A DNA stretch of 64,000 nucleotides from Kiritimatiellia bacterium (GCA_040767085.1 JAXGPF010000004.1:224001-288000), one strand, 5' to 3'. Numbered from the stretch's first letter, positions 38,614 to 49,210 are shown. Numbers and translations are program-made. Notes: generated from the sequence alone by a model not told the origin.

Positions 38614-40320
38614 TCAGCCCCCGAACAGGAATTCGGCGATCATTTCCGCGCTGTCGCGCATCAGGCCGTAACTGATGACCACCGTGCGGAGTTCGTCGGG
38701 AATCAGCAGTTCCGCGTACGGCACGGTGGCGATCAGCACCACCGGCTTGCCGAACTGGAGCAAATCCCGGAGGAAAGGCTTGGTGTCGTTTTCCAGTCCG
38801 CGCGAGAAACTGCCGGTCGCCACGATGATGTCAAAATGCCCGGCCACCTCCCGGATGATTTTGGCGGCGGCGGCGGTGGTCTGCGGCGTGTAATCAATGT
38901 ATCCGGCGTCCGGGGCATGCTTCAGGATGCATTCCCAGAGCAGGCCCGGATGGTTCCAACTGTCATTGTGCGCCCGTTGATTGTATGTTACGCGGTCCAC
39001 CAGCAGGATTTTCCGGGACGGCCGCAGCGGCAGCAAATTCTGCTCGTCGCGCAGCACGCGGATCACGCGGCGCGCGGCTTCCAGCCCGGTTTTACGGTAT
39101 TGCGGCTTGTGAATGGCGGCGTCCACGGCGCGCGGATCCACCAGGCCGCCCCGGTCGAACAGGCCGTAGTCGTATTTCATGCTCCAAATCCGGCGCAGCG
39201 ACTGGTTCACCCGCTCTTCCGTGATGCGGCCGCCGCGGATGGCCGCCACGAGCGCGGCGTGCATTTCCCAGCGCAGCACGTTGTCATCCTTGAGCAACAG
39301 GATGTCCACCCCGGCCTCCAGCGCGCGGACGCAGGCCTCGCCCACGTCATACTTGGCCATCAGGCCGCCCATGGTCATGGAATCCGTGGTAACCACGCCC
39401 TCAAAACCGATTTCCTCCCGCAGAATCCCGTTGACAATCCTGGGCGACACGGTGGCGATTTCATTGCTCGGGTCCAGGTGCGGATAAATCGCATGGGCCA
39501 GCATCACCGCCGGCGCGCCTTTTTTGCCGCAGAGCGCGCGGTAGGGCGCCAGGTGCACGCGCCACATGGTGTCCCGGTCGAGTGTCACAGCCGAAACGCC
39601 GAAGTGCGCGTCATCCGCCGAAGCGCCCCGGCCGGGATAATGTTTCAGGCAGGCAATCATCTTCGCCCGCCGGAAACCTTCCACCGCCGCCCCCGCGCAT
39701 TTAATCACCGTTTCCGGGTCGGCGCTGTAGGAGCGGGTATAAATTTCCGGGTTGCGGGGATTGGTGTTCACATCCACGACCGGCGAATGCAGCATGTCAA
39801 TCCCGATGGCCTTGAGCTGCTTGCCGACAATGAACGACACCCGGCGCACCAGGTCGGCGTCGCCCAGGTCGCCGAATCCCATGCAGGCCGGCGGGGTGAT
39901 CATGCCATGCGGCACGAAATTCGAGCCTTCGCCGGACTCGAAATCAATCACCATGTGCAGCGGAATGGCATACCGGCGGGCCAGCGCCCGGCGCCGGAAA
40001 ACGTTCAACAACTCCGCGTATTCCGGCGCCGTCACGTAGGGCGGCGGGATGGATTCGTCGAATAATTTTTCGCGCGGGGCCGGCGGCCGCAGGACATTTT
40101 TCACGCCGGGCGACCCATCCGGCAGGTACCGGATGAACTTGCGGGCCAGGAACGGCGAAAGGCGCAGCCCGCCCAGGCCGTAGCGGTCAATAAACTCCAG
40201 CAATTCCGGTTCGATGAAGGAGCCGGTATAACCCAGCACCATTAATTGCGCCGCCTTCTCCTCCGGCGATAACGCGCCCAGCAATTTGTCTATCGTCTGC
40301 TGCTTGTTCATCACAATCAT
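38614..40320 (-). CDS. GH3 beta-N-acetylhexosaminidase-like enzyme
   Basis: IDFESG, SPVVDV, KHYPGRG-x4-DAH (NagZ-like dyad), TDSMTM nucleophile, C-terminal domain. Confidence 0.88.
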   Translation of the reverse strand: MIVMNKQQTIDKLLGALSPEEKAAQLMVLGYTGSFIEPELLEFIDRYGLGGLRLSPFLARKFIRYLPDGSPGVKNVLRPPAPREKLFDESIPPPYVTAPEYAELLNVFRRRALARRYAIPLHMVIDFESGEGSNFVPHGMITPPACMGFGDLGDADLVRRVSFIVGKQLKAIGIDMLHSPVVDVNTNPRNPEIYTRSYSADPETVIKCAGAAVEGFRRAKMIACLKHYPGRGASADDAHFGVSAVTLDRDTMWRVHLAPYRALCGKKGAPAVMLAHAIYPHLDPSNEIATVSPRIVNGILREEIGFEGVVTTDSMTMGGLMAKYDVGEACVRALEAGVDILLLKDDNVLRWEMHAALVAAIRGGRITEERVNQSLRRIWSMKYDYGLFDRGGLVDPRAVDAAIHKPQYRKTGLEAARRVIRVLRDEQNLLPLRPSRKILLVDRVTYNQRAHNDSWNHPGLLWECILKHAPDAGYIDYTPQTTAAAAKIIREVAGHFDIIVATGSFSRGLENDTKPFLRDLLQFGKPVVLIATVPYAELLIPDELRTVVISYGLMRDSAEMIAEFLFGG

Positions 40321-40333
40321 TCCTCCCTTTTTT

Positions 40334-41533
40334 TCACAATTTCCGCGTTTCCACGACGGCCAGCGCCGCAGCGATGAAAGCCTGCCGGCCCTTGGCGCGC
40401 ATTTCGGCGGTATTCAATCCGAACCATGGAAATTCCAGCGCTATGCCGATGCCGCCGTGGATTTCCTCGCAATAGACAATCCAGTGGCTGATGCGGCCGC
40501 TGAGGATGTTCAAGGCCTTGTCCATGTCGTCCGCGCCGGCCGGTTTGCCGCCCCGGCGGACATATGCGGCCAGATCGGCCAGCCCCAATTTTTTCATCTG
40601 CGCGTATCCCAAGGGGCGCATATCCCAATGTTTGTGGTGCGCGGCGTCCGCCGGCATCAGCCGCCGGAACGACTCAGCCACATCGTCATGCCGGCCGTAA
40701 AGCATGCCGTCAGTGAATTTCAGCGTCCAGTTATGGAAAGTAAGGTACACGCCGGGCTTGATTTTATCCACTAACCGCCTGACGGTTTTAAGAGAGCTGT
40801 CCGGGATGTCGAACACCTGGTCCATGCGCGGCCCGCGCTCCCAGGTGCGCTGGCTCATGCCGTTATGCACGCCGTCCGGATTGGTCATCGGCATGATATA
40901 GACGCTGAATTTTTCCCGCAGGTAACGGGCCATGGCATCGTCCGAGGCGAGGAACCGCGCCACGCCTTCGGCGGAATATGATCCGGCCGTTTCATAGGCA
41001 TGATCGCGCGCCTGGATGAAAAACGGCATGGCCTTGGGATTCGGGGATGGGAACCGGAACAGCCAGAGCGGCCGGCGTTCGCGGCTGCGCCCGGCGATTT
41101 CCACGCGCACGCCCTGCGTCCGCAATTCGCGCACGACTCCGGCCAATTGCTCCACGTTGTATTCCGGAAACAGGCCCAGGTGGGTCAGCCCAGGCGCAAG
41201 CTGCAGATAGTATTCCACGCGGGCGCCTTCCCGGCGGCCGGGGATCATGGTCCATTCCGCGTCGGTCTCATGGCGGATATAACCCAGATCGTGATGCTCG
41301 GTCCGGGCGGGCGTATCCCAATCCACGACCAGCGTCACCGTTTCCGCCGCTTTCCCGGTGTTCAGCAGCCGGGTGGAAAAACGCGAACCCTTGCCGGGAA
41401 TCTCTTCGCCCAAACCCGGCCCGCGGCGCGTGCCCGGATAAAACACCCATCGCCCGCCGCGGCCGCGTTTCACGCCTTTTGCCGTATGCGGGCAGGCGCC
41501 GTCGAAATCCGTAATGATTTTAATGCTCATCAT
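40334..41533 (-). CDS. M14-family zinc carboxypeptidase-like protein
   Basis: ARDHAYE (HxxE), NPDG, FHNW, LEFPW. Confidence 0.8.
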   Translation of the reverse strand: MMSIKIITDFDGACPHTAKGVKRGRGGRWVFYPGTRRGPGLGEEIPGKGSRFSTRLLNTGKAAETVTLVVDWDTPARTEHHDLGYIRHETDAEWTMIPGRREGARVEYYLQLAPGLTHLGLFPEYNVEQLAGVVRELRTQGVRVEIAGRSRERRPLWLFRFPSPNPKAMPFFIQARDHAYETAGSYSAEGVARFLASDDAMARYLREKFSVYIMPMTNPDGVHNGMSQRTWERGPRMDQVFDIPDSSLKTVRRLVDKIKPGVYLTFHNWTLKFTDGMLYGRHDDVAESFRRLMPADAAHHKHWDMRPLGYAQMKKLGLADLAAYVRRGGKPAGADDMDKALNILSGRISHWIVYCEEIHGGIGIALEFPWFGLNTAEMRAKGRQAFIAAALAVVETRKL

Positions 41534-41634
41534 AGCCTTTCTTTTGAGTTCGGTGTTCTGTTTCCGGTATGGACGTTGAACCTAAATCCGGCAGTTGGCA
41601 AGTTTGCCGCGGATGCGCGGCGGCAAGGGTGACG

Positions 41635-41650
41635 GTGTATTAGTATACTC
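41635..41650 (-). promoter_or_regulatory. Operator-like imperfect palindrome, copy 3 (overlaps a TATACT -10 candidate)
   Basis: Minus strand GAGTATACTAATACAC, 12/14 match to GTATACTAGTATAC, ~100 bp upstream of the M14-GH3 operon. Confidence 0.45.
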
Positions 41651-41775
41651 CGAACCCTTGCCAACAAAGCAGAGGCGGCAAAATCGCCAACCATTTTCTG
41701 GTTTGAAATTCAAAATTTTTTTCACATCCGAAAGGTACTTGCGACAGAAATCTATTTCCCCCTGTTTTCAATTGC

Positions 41776-42948
41776 TTATGTCAATTTTTGAATTTCAAAT
41801 GCCGAGTTTAGGTTGAAAAACCTTGCCAAAAACCGGACGGCAAATTCGATCCGCTGGAACAGGCTGTCGCGCACGACAAACTCCTCCTGGGTGCAATCCC
41901 CCTGCCCGATCGGCCCGAAACCGTCAAGGGCCGGTATGCCGGCGGCCGCCACCCAGTTGGCGTCGGAAATCCCTCCGCGATGCTCTTCCGCCAGTTCCAA
42001 CCCCATGTCCCGTCCTACCGCGCGGGCCATTTCAAAAATCCGCCGCGATGCCGGCGTCGGCTGCCAGGGCGCAATCAGCGAGGTCTCCTCCAACTCCAGG
42101 CGCACGCCGGGGACGGCCGGTTGCATAATCCGGCGCCGGACATCGGCCAGCGTATCGCGCATGATGCCGGCATCCCAGAAACGCAACTCGAATTCCATGG
42201 CGGCCAGTGCGGCGACGACATTGCCGGCCAGGCCGCCGCTGATTTTTCCCACGTTGGCGGCGACCTGGCCGTCCGACCGGTTGAATGATTCCACCAAACG
42301 GATTTTTTCGCCGATTTCCTGGATGGCGCTGATTTTGTCCGTCTTGAGATTGCCGAAATGGGCCGACTGGCCATGGGCGGTCAGGACATACCGCGCGATG
42401 CCCTTGCGGGTGGTGACCAGCGTATTATTCATGGCCGCGCATTCGAACTTGACGCCCAGTTGCGCCTGCCGCTCCGCTAAGCCCAAAAAATGCCGCTTGG
42501 AATTGTTCGACCCGGTTTCCTCGTCCGTGTTGAAAATCACGATCAACGGCATCCGCTCCAGCCATCCCAGGTGCGCCAGCGTCCGCAACGCCCAGACCAG
42601 CGTCACCAGACCGGCCTTCATGTCGTGCGCGCCCGGACCGTAAACGCGGCCATTGCGCTCGCTGGCGGAATTGAAGGCCGGATCGTCCGGGCACAAGGTG
42701 TCAATGTGCCCATGCAGAGCCGCCGGCTGGACGCCCGGCGCCTGGTAGGAGTAAATGTAAATATCGCCGCAGGTTGTTTGCGGGTCAATTTCCAGCGCGT
42801 ACCCGGCCGGCATTAAATTACGGAGCATCAATTGGGTCCGATCCTGCCCCGCCTTATTGCCGGCGAATGTATTGATGGCGATCAGATCGCACAGATTGGC
42901 AACAATCGCGCTGGCATGTTGACTGAGGAAAGTCCCGATGCGATCCAT
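41776..42948 (-). CDS. M20 metallopeptidase (carboxypeptidase G2/deacetylase-like)
   Basis: GHIDT, GPGAHDMKAG, TDEETGS, RKG, GGISDAN, DGFGP. Start moved to ATG 42948. Confidence 0.88.
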   Translation of the reverse strand: MDRIGTFLSQHASAIVANLCDLIAINTFAGNKAGQDRTQLMLRNLMPAGYALEIDPQTTCGDIYIYSYQAPGVQPAALHGHIDTLCPDDPAFNSASERNGRVYGPGAHDMKAGLVTLVWALRTLAHLGWLERMPLIVIFNTDEETGSNNSKRHFLGLAERQAQLGVKFECAAMNNTLVTTRKGIARYVLTAHGQSAHFGNLKTDKISAIQEIGEKIRLVESFNRSDGQVAANVGKISGGLAGNVVAALAAMEFELRFWDAGIMRDTLADVRRRIMQPAVPGVRLELEETSLIAPWQPTPASRRIFEMARAVGRDMGLELAEEHRGGISDANWVAAAGIPALDGFGPIGQGDCTQEEFVVRDSLFQRIEFAVRFLARFFNLNSAFEIQKLT

Positions 42949-42950
42949 GA

Positions 42951-45392
42951 TTAAAACGATTCCAATACAATAAGATGCCGACCCGGCGCATTCAGCGGCG
43001 CGCGGACTTCCCGCGGCCCGGCGGGGATATAATTGCGGTCCAACTGGCGCTGGTAATCGTCCCGCGCCTCGGCGCGCCAGGCTTCCCGGCGGTTGATCAG
43101 CAGGCGTTCCCGACCCCATGACAGTCGCGGCAGAACCAATTCCGCGCTCATGCCCGGCGGCAGAAACACTTCCAGTTCCCAGCGCGCATCGGATTTTTCC
43201 CAACCGATCTCGATGGCGCCGGCCGGCGTGGGAATCCGGCCCTGCGCCCATTGCAATCCCATGGCCAGCGGCTGTATGATCGCTTTACGCCAGCCCGGCG
43301 CCGCCGTCTGAACACCTAAAATGTATTCCGGCAGCAAGTAGGCCGGGCCGGCGCCGAAGGGATGGCATAACGAGGAGGAAGTCGTCCGGAATTGCAGCCC
43401 GTCCCGGTAGCCGGTATGCCAGAATTCGGGCAGTGTGGTGTGTCCCGCGCGGATGATGGCGCCCCAGTAGCGATCCAGCAATTCCCGGGCCTGCAGTTCC
43501 AGGCCGCATTGCAGAAAGGCCTCCAGCAACAATGTCGCGTCAAACGGCGTCTGCGGCGGCATTATATCCGGCGCGGACCGCACCGACTCGGCCCAGGCGC
43601 CGGCGCGGTCGGGCAGCAGCGCGCCGGCCAGCGCGGCCCAGGCGTTGGCGGTCGGTGAAAATTGTTCCAGGAGCTTGCCATCCCTTAATCCATCCGCGAA
43701 CAGGCCGCGCGATTCGACCCAGAAAGTTTCGCGGATGGCGGCGGCGGACGTGTCCGCCAGGGCGTCCCAGGCGCCGGCCTGCGCCGGATCATGGGCCGCG
43801 CGCGCCAGTTGCGCGCCCGCGCGCAACGCCAGGACATACTCGCTGTTGAACGCGCAGGTCACCCCCGTTTTCAGCATCGGATTCCAGCCGCCGAAACATT
43901 TGATTTCCGGCAAACCCGGCTTGAGTGTGTCCAGCAGCCCGGCGTCATTCCGGTACCGATGGAAGTGCGCCAGGATTTTCGCCAGCCGCGGCAGGCACCA
44001 GGCCAACAAATCATTGTCCGGCGCGTGGCGGTCGATGGCCGCCGCAATGGGAAAAAGCGACAAGGTCATTTCCGCCCAGTTTAATACCGGCCCATCCAGT
44101 TTGTATCCTAATCCGGCCGGCCCCGGCACCGGGACGATCCCATCATTCGTCATTATGCTCAAAGCCTGGCGCATAGTCTTGATGGACGGCCGCATATCGC
44201 CGAAACAGGCCGCCAGGGCGCGGCTGTGGACAACGACATCGGCCAGCCACAAGGCCTGCTCGCGGTTCAGGCAATCCACCGGGTGATCCTTGACGCCCGA
44301 CCAGGCAGTTTCCCGTGATACTTTCCAGACGCTGGTCAACGTATCATCCGAGCAGCGGAACATGCCGCGCGTTTCAAACGGGTAAACCATCTCCTTGAAA
44401 CGCGCGCTTAACACCGCAACCGGCGCGGTCAAACCGTGGAAATGCAACCCCAAACCCTGTCCGCCGCGCCAATCCAGCGGCTCGTAACACCCCTGGCCGG
44501 CCGGCGCGAGTCGCAGGCGGTCGGTCAACAACCAGGTATCGCCTTCACCGCAATAGATATCCAGAACGCCCGCGCCTTCCGCGGCCAGTTCCAACAGCGG
44601 GAAGCCGCCCATGACCCGGCCGTAATCGAGGAAAATCCATGCGCCTTCCGGCGCCGGATTGATGCGCATCGGCGTATTTTCAGGGCGGCCGCGCAACTCG
44701 CGGAATCCGTTGACAATGTCCAAGCCGGCCTGGGTGATTTCCACGCCCACCGGCTCATGCAGCACGGGCACGAGGAATGGAATTTCACGGGGAACCGGAG
44801 GGGGCAACGGCCCGTCCGGCGCGAACGGGAAGGCGGCCGCGGCCATCCAATGCGCATCGTCATAACCGGCGGCAGGCGCGGCCTGCAAGTCCGCCAAGCC
44901 GGCCATGTCAAATTCATGGCGGCATGGGCGGAAGCGGTTGATGGGCTGGCTGCAATCGCGCCAGCCGGGCGACGGGCGTACCCGCCAGGATGCATCCGTG
45001 GCGATAATGGCCCGGCCGCCCGCCTCCAATTGCGCCAGCAGACCCGGCGCGCCGTCATACAACGAGCTTCTGATCCCCGGCTGCGGCCGGAAATGGTGCG
45101 CCAGCCCGCATAAAACATTCTGCCCCGGCTGCAGCAGGCCGGCAATGTCATAAACATCGTAATACGGCCGGCGCGGATCCGCCCGGTCCGGACCGCGTCC
45201 GACAGGTTGTCCGTTCAGCAGCACCCGGTAGATATGGCTGGCGGAAATCAGCAGCCGGGCGGCATCGCCCATATCCGGCTGCCATATAAATTCTTTGCGA
45301 AACTGCAGCGTCGTCTGGGCCTGCCCGGACGCATCGGGCAGCCAAATCCATCCGGCCTGCCAGGCAACCGGGTCTGTGGTTGTATTGCGCAC
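42951..45392 (-). CDS. GH78 alpha-L-rhamnosidase-like protein
   Basis: FRKEF, DCLNREQALWLAD, TLPEFW, SLCHPFG, IPTPAGAI. Confidence 0.85.
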   Translation of the reverse strand: MRNTTTDPVAWQAGWIWLPDASGQAQTTLQFRKEFIWQPDMGDAARLLISASHIYRVLLNGQPVGRGPDRADPRRPYYDVYDIAGLLQPGQNVLCGLAHHFRPQPGIRSSLYDGAPGLLAQLEAGGRAIIATDASWRVRPSPGWRDCSQPINRFRPCRHEFDMAGLADLQAAPAAGYDDAHWMAAAAFPFAPDGPLPPPVPREIPFLVPVLHEPVGVEITQAGLDIVNGFRELRGRPENTPMRINPAPEGAWIFLDYGRVMGGFPLLELAAEGAGVLDIYCGEGDTWLLTDRLRLAPAGQGCYEPLDWRGGQGLGLHFHGLTAPVAVLSARFKEMVYPFETRGMFRCSDDTLTSVWKVSRETAWSGVKDHPVDCLNREQALWLADVVVHSRALAACFGDMRPSIKTMRQALSIMTNDGIVPVPGPAGLGYKLDGPVLNWAEMTLSLFPIAAAIDRHAPDNDLLAWCLPRLAKILAHFHRYRNDAGLLDTLKPGLPEIKCFGGWNPMLKTGVTCAFNSEYVLALRAGAQLARAAHDPAQAGAWDALADTSAAAIRETFWVESRGLFADGLRDGKLLEQFSPTANAWAALAGALLPDRAGAWAESVRSAPDIMPPQTPFDATLLLEAFLQCGLELQARELLDRYWGAIIRAGHTTLPEFWHTGYRDGLQFRTTSSSLCHPFGAGPAYLLPEYILGVQTAAPGWRKAIIQPLAMGLQWAQGRIPTPAGAIEIGWEKSDARWELEVFLPPGMSAELVLPRLSWGRERLLINRREAWRAEARDDYQRQLDRNYIPAGPREVRAPLNAPGRHLIVLESF

Positions 45393-45508
45393 GCCTGTCT
45401 GATCCTCCCTTGTGCGGAAACTTTCCCGAAACAGACGTCATGTTATAACCTGAAGTTTGCGCACTGCAAGCGCAATATTCACTGAACACCAATGACGCTG
45501 GATGGGAC

Positions 45509-46408
45509 TCACGTCCGGCCATGAGCGGCGCGGTAGGCGCTGGGCGCCAGGCGCAAGGCGCGTTTAAATGCGCGGCTGAATGAAAACACCGAAGTGTAGC
45601 CGACCTGGTCGGCAATTTGCGAGATCGTTAAATCGGTCGTGCTCATCAGGCTGCAGGCTTTCTGAATCCGCAGTCGTTGTATGTATTCGGCCGGACCCAT
45701 ACCCATTATGGCCTGAAAACGTTGATACAGGCTGCGCCGGGAGAGGCCGATGTATGCGGCCGTCTGTCCGGCGCAAATTTGTTCATGCAGATGCTCGACC
45801 AGGAAGGTCTGCAGTTTTTCAAGAAATTCGATGTCGCGCGTGGGATGCTCCGGGGGGGCGGTGTTTAGATCGTTATTGACGGATACGCAATCGGCCAGCT
45901 CCAGCAGCAGTGACCACAGATTGACGGCGATGCGACCGAGGATGCGCGGATGCATGCGTCGGGGATTGCAATAGTCGCCGATAATGGCATGGATCAGCGG
46001 CCAGGCCGAGGATGGTATGGATGTCGGATTGTTTTTCAATCCCAGCATATCCCGCGCATGATCAAGGCGGAACGAGCAGAAAAACCAGAGAAAATCAAGG
46101 CCTTCCAGGCCGGTGAAGTGATGAAACTGATGAGGGAACACCAGCAACGCACTGTGCGGGGGCAGGTGGAAGGCTACCTTATTGACAACCGCAGCACCGC
46201 CGCCGCGCAAGGTCAAAGCCAGCATGAACCGGTCGGGATGGATAATTGGGATGGCGCTGGGCTGTTTCCTGGGCGACCGCCGCATCAACAGAATTTCGCG
46301 GGGCAAATCTAATGCAGGCAATGGAAGCCTGGCGCTGGCAATGTTTGCTCCCGGCCTCATTGCCGCGGATATTTTTTCAATGTCGCCGATAATTTTGCCG
46401 GCGTTCAT
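45509..46408 (-). CDS. AraC-family transcriptional regulator
   Basis: Cupin FPHQFH; C-terminal IADQVGYTSVFSFSRAFKR. Confidence 0.9.
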   Translation of the reverse strand: MNAGKIIGDIEKISAAMRPGANIASARLPLPALDLPREILLMRRSPRKQPSAIPIIHPDRFMLALTLRGGGAAVVNKVAFHLPPHSALLVFPHQFHHFTGLEGLDFLWFFCSFRLDHARDMLGLKNNPTSIPSSAWPLIHAIIGDYCNPRRMHPRILGRIAVNLWSLLLELADCVSVNNDLNTAPPEHPTRDIEFLEKLQTFLVEHLHEQICAGQTAAYIGLSRRSLYQRFQAIMGMGPAEYIQRLRIQKACSLMSTTDLTISQIADQVGYTSVFSFSRAFKRALRLAPSAYRAAHGRT

Positions 46409-46532
46409 GCGCGACCTCTTTTTGAAGTCAAGATTACCTGTTTGCCCTGTCCCGGGCAAGCGGATTTGAATGTTAAAATAATTGCACGTCCGGCTATGGC
46501 CATGCCGGCCGGTTTGGGGTAGTATGCAGATT

Positions 46533-46783
46533 ATGAATAATAAAACGGTTCGTGTCGGGCCGATTGGTTGCAGCAATCGCGGCAAGCCGAATGACTTGAC
46601 CTGCGTGGAATCTCCTGAACCATGGACATGCCGCATGAAGGCGCAACGTTGAACGATGGCATCAACGCCGCTTTGGCCGACTTGGCCGCCCGCCGGGCGA
46701 TTCATGCGGGAAAAGTGGTGGAGATGGATGAGTTGGAACTGGAAATATCCGGCAATTCCGATGAATCAAGGGGTGATCCATGA
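46533..46783 (+). pseudogene. Collapsed Gfo/Idh/MocA oxidoreductase remnant
   Basis: N-terminus MNNKTVRVGPIGCSNRGK joined out of frame to C-terminus ATLNDGINAALADLAARRAIHAGKVVEMDEL...*; the stop overlaps ATG 46780. Confidence 0.7.
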
Positions 46784-49083
46784 GAAATTACAGTCGTGCA
46801 ATACGGGCCGTGGCTGCGCTGGCGGTAATAATCGTTTGTTCCTGTCAATGCGATATCGGCGCGGATGAACATCTGGCGGGAAGTTGGTGTTTTGACGAGG
46901 GCGCCGGATCGTGCGCCGGCGACAGCTCTGACTTCGGCAATCATGGGGTGTTGACAAATATGAATACCAATACCTGCTGGGTATTGGGCGCCTCCGGCTA
47001 TGCTCTGGAATTCGAAGGATCGAACGACTGCGTCATGGTTGGAACAAATCTGCCGGTGTCCGGCATGGGCGCCCTGATGTATTGGATGAAAGCCGCCCGC
47101 GGCACAAATGAAACGATCTTGCATTTTTCCGAGGTGCGTTGCCATGACTTTATCCGCAATTACCTGAGCAAATATGGGATATTGGATTTGATGATTGAAG
47201 ACGATGATGTTTTAAAAGTCAACCTGCAATATGATCTTGGCAAACTGGAAGGCGATTATGTCGGGCAGGCGCTGCACGTGGCATGGGCGCAGGATGGGGA
47301 TGAAATCAAGCTGTATCTTAACGGGCGGCAAAAACCGCTGGCGGGCATGAACAGCGGCGCTTGGTGGACGGATCATTTAACGTTGAAGGAATGCCGGATC
47401 GGCGGCGGCAGCTGGTCGAGTTACTTCCAAGGCGTGCTGGATGAATTCAAGGTTTTTTCCGGAACGGTTGGCGCGGCCAATATTGCCTATGAGTATCTGG
47501 GCCAATATTTGTGCGGCGATTGGCATTTGGACGAAAACACGGGCGCTTCGGCCGCGGATGCCTCCGATTGTGGCAATCATGGAATGGTGTTGGGCAGTCC
47601 AGATTGGTCAACCGGCATGGTTGACAATGCGCTGGTTTTCGACGGAGTGTCTGGCGGAGTACAGATAAACTATCCTGTCGGCATGCAGACCGAGGTCGGC
47701 GCGATCGAATTCTGGATGAAAGCCGACGGCGCTCAATACTCGACCATTTTCCATCTCTACCAGACACGGACCAGGGATTACCTGCGGGTTAAATTAAATT
47801 CCGATGGGCGTCTGGACGTCATTGTTGAATCCAACGATGTGGCCATGGTCAATGTATACTACGACCTGGATGATCTGCCGTCAGGATACATCGAGCAATG
47901 GTTACATGTGGTCTGGGTGCAGGATGGGTCAAATATAAACTTGTATATCAACGGCGAACCGCGATCGTTGGCCGGTTTGAACGGCGCATGGTGGTCGAGT
48001 CACTTTTACCCGGTCAAGTGCCTTCTGGGATGCGGTAGTTGGGGTTATTTCGACGGCGCGCTGGATGAATTCAAGGTGTATCGGCGGGCGCTTGGCCCGG
48101 AAGAAGTGCGCCAGATTTATTTTGACAATGGGGGCGGCCGTGATTATGGCTGCGAATCCAATCCGACCGGCAATCCCATCGGCGGCGGCGCCGATTACAA
48201 TGCCATCTTCGTGAACGGCGATTATGTCGTCACAGACAAGGTGGAATTACTCTGGGCGTTAAGCAATGCCGTGGCCGGTGATGTGGTGTATGTGAACGCG
48301 ATGGAAATTGATCTTTCGGGTGAAACCATCGTCATTCCCGGAGGGGTAACACTGGCCGGCAACCGCGGACATGCCGGCGCCGCCGGCCCCTTGTTGCACA
48401 GCGACCAGTCGCCGCCGGTGAACTATGTTCGACTTTTTGAGGCCGGCGGCGCCAAGGTAAGAATCACCGGTTTGCAAATCCGGGGGCCGCATGCCGAAAT
48501 AGGGGCTGCGGCATACGACCCGCCTGTGTCCATTGGCATTAACTCGGGTTTTGCGAACTTGGAGGTTGATAATTGCGAGATATCCGCTTGGAGCCATTCC
48601 GGCATTCATCTCACTTCCGGCGGGACGAATGCCTGGGTACATCACAATTACATCCATCACTGTCAGCGATGCGGATTGGGATACGGCATATGCCTCGGCC
48701 ATGATGATGCGACTTGCGTGGTCGAGGCAAATCTGTTTGACTATTGCCGGCATGCGGTGGCGGGAACTGGCGATTCCGGCAACAGTTATGAAGCATGTTA
48801 CAATCTGGTGCTGGAGCATGCCAATGGGCACGTTTTCGACATGCATGGTTCTCCTTATGAGGCGGGCATAGCGGGTGATATGATACATATTCACCACAAT
48901 ACAGTCCACGTCACGGATTGGTATGCGGTGAAAATCCGCGCCCGTCCGAATATCGGCGCTCATATCCATCATAATTGGTTCCATGGCGATGTTCCGGCGG
49001 CCATTCAAATCAATGCATTCGGTAATTTCCAGGCAAGCTCCAATTTGCTCACTGCCACTCGCTATTTCAAGAGTAATGACTAG
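46780..49083 (+). CDS. Secreted 2x LamG + right-handed beta-helix protein
   Basis: Signal peptide; two homologous LamG domains (W.FDE...HV.W.QDG...GAWW...LDEFKV); beta-helix with HHNYIHH repeats. Visibly more AT-rich than its neighbours. Confidence 0.8.
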   Translation: MRNYSRAIRAVAALAVIIVCSCQCDIGADEHLAGSWCFDEGAGSCAGDSSDFGNHGVLTNMNTNTCWVLGASGYALEFEGSNDCVMVGTNLPVSGMGALMYWMKAARGTNETILHFSEVRCHDFIRNYLSKYGILDLMIEDDDVLKVNLQYDLGKLEGDYVGQALHVAWAQDGDEIKLYLNGRQKPLAGMNSGAWWTDHLTLKECRIGGGSWSSYFQGVLDEFKVFSGTVGAANIAYEYLGQYLCGDWHLDENTGASAADASDCGNHGMVLGSPDWSTGMVDNALVFDGVSGGVQINYPVGMQTEVGAIEFWMKADGAQYSTIFHLYQTRTRDYLRVKLNSDGRLDVIVESNDVAMVNVYYDLDDLPSGYIEQWLHVVWVQDGSNINLYINGEPRSLAGLNGAWWSSHFYPVKCLLGCGSWGYFDGALDEFKVYRRALGPEEVRQIYFDNGGGRDYGCESNPTGNPIGGGADYNAIFVNGDYVVTDKVELLWALSNAVAGDVVYVNAMEIDLSGETIVIPGGVTLAGNRGHAGAAGPLLHSDQSPPVNYVRLFEAGGAKVRITGLQIRGPHAEIGAAAYDPPVSIGINSGFANLEVDNCEISAWSHSGIHLTSGGTNAWVHHNYIHHCQRCGLGYGICLGHDDATCVVEANLFDYCRHAVAGTGDSGNSYEACYNLVLEHANGHVFDMHGSPYEAGIAGDMIHIHHNTVHVTDWYAVKIRARPNIGAHIHHNWFHGDVPAAIQINAFGNFQASSNLLTATRYFKSND

Positions 49084-49188
49084 GTCCAGCAATGATTTTG
49101 CGGGAGCAACGATAAACGCCGCCATTAATTAAACAGGGGCTTCAGCCTTTTGCGCGGGTAAATTCCGGGCAAACACATTATAAGCAGG

Positions 49189-49210
49189 TAATGTATAGCA
49201 AATTACATTA
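49189..49210. promoter_or_regulatory. Inverted repeat TAATGTA-N8-TACATTA (candidate TF site)
   Basis: Perfect 7-bp arms in the AT-rich region upstream of 49347. Confidence 0.4.

Noticed and set aside
49192-49207. NtcA regulation (TGTA-N8-TACA match)
   Set aside because: NtcA is cyanobacterial and nothing here suggests a cyanobacterium; kept only as a generic inverted repeat.
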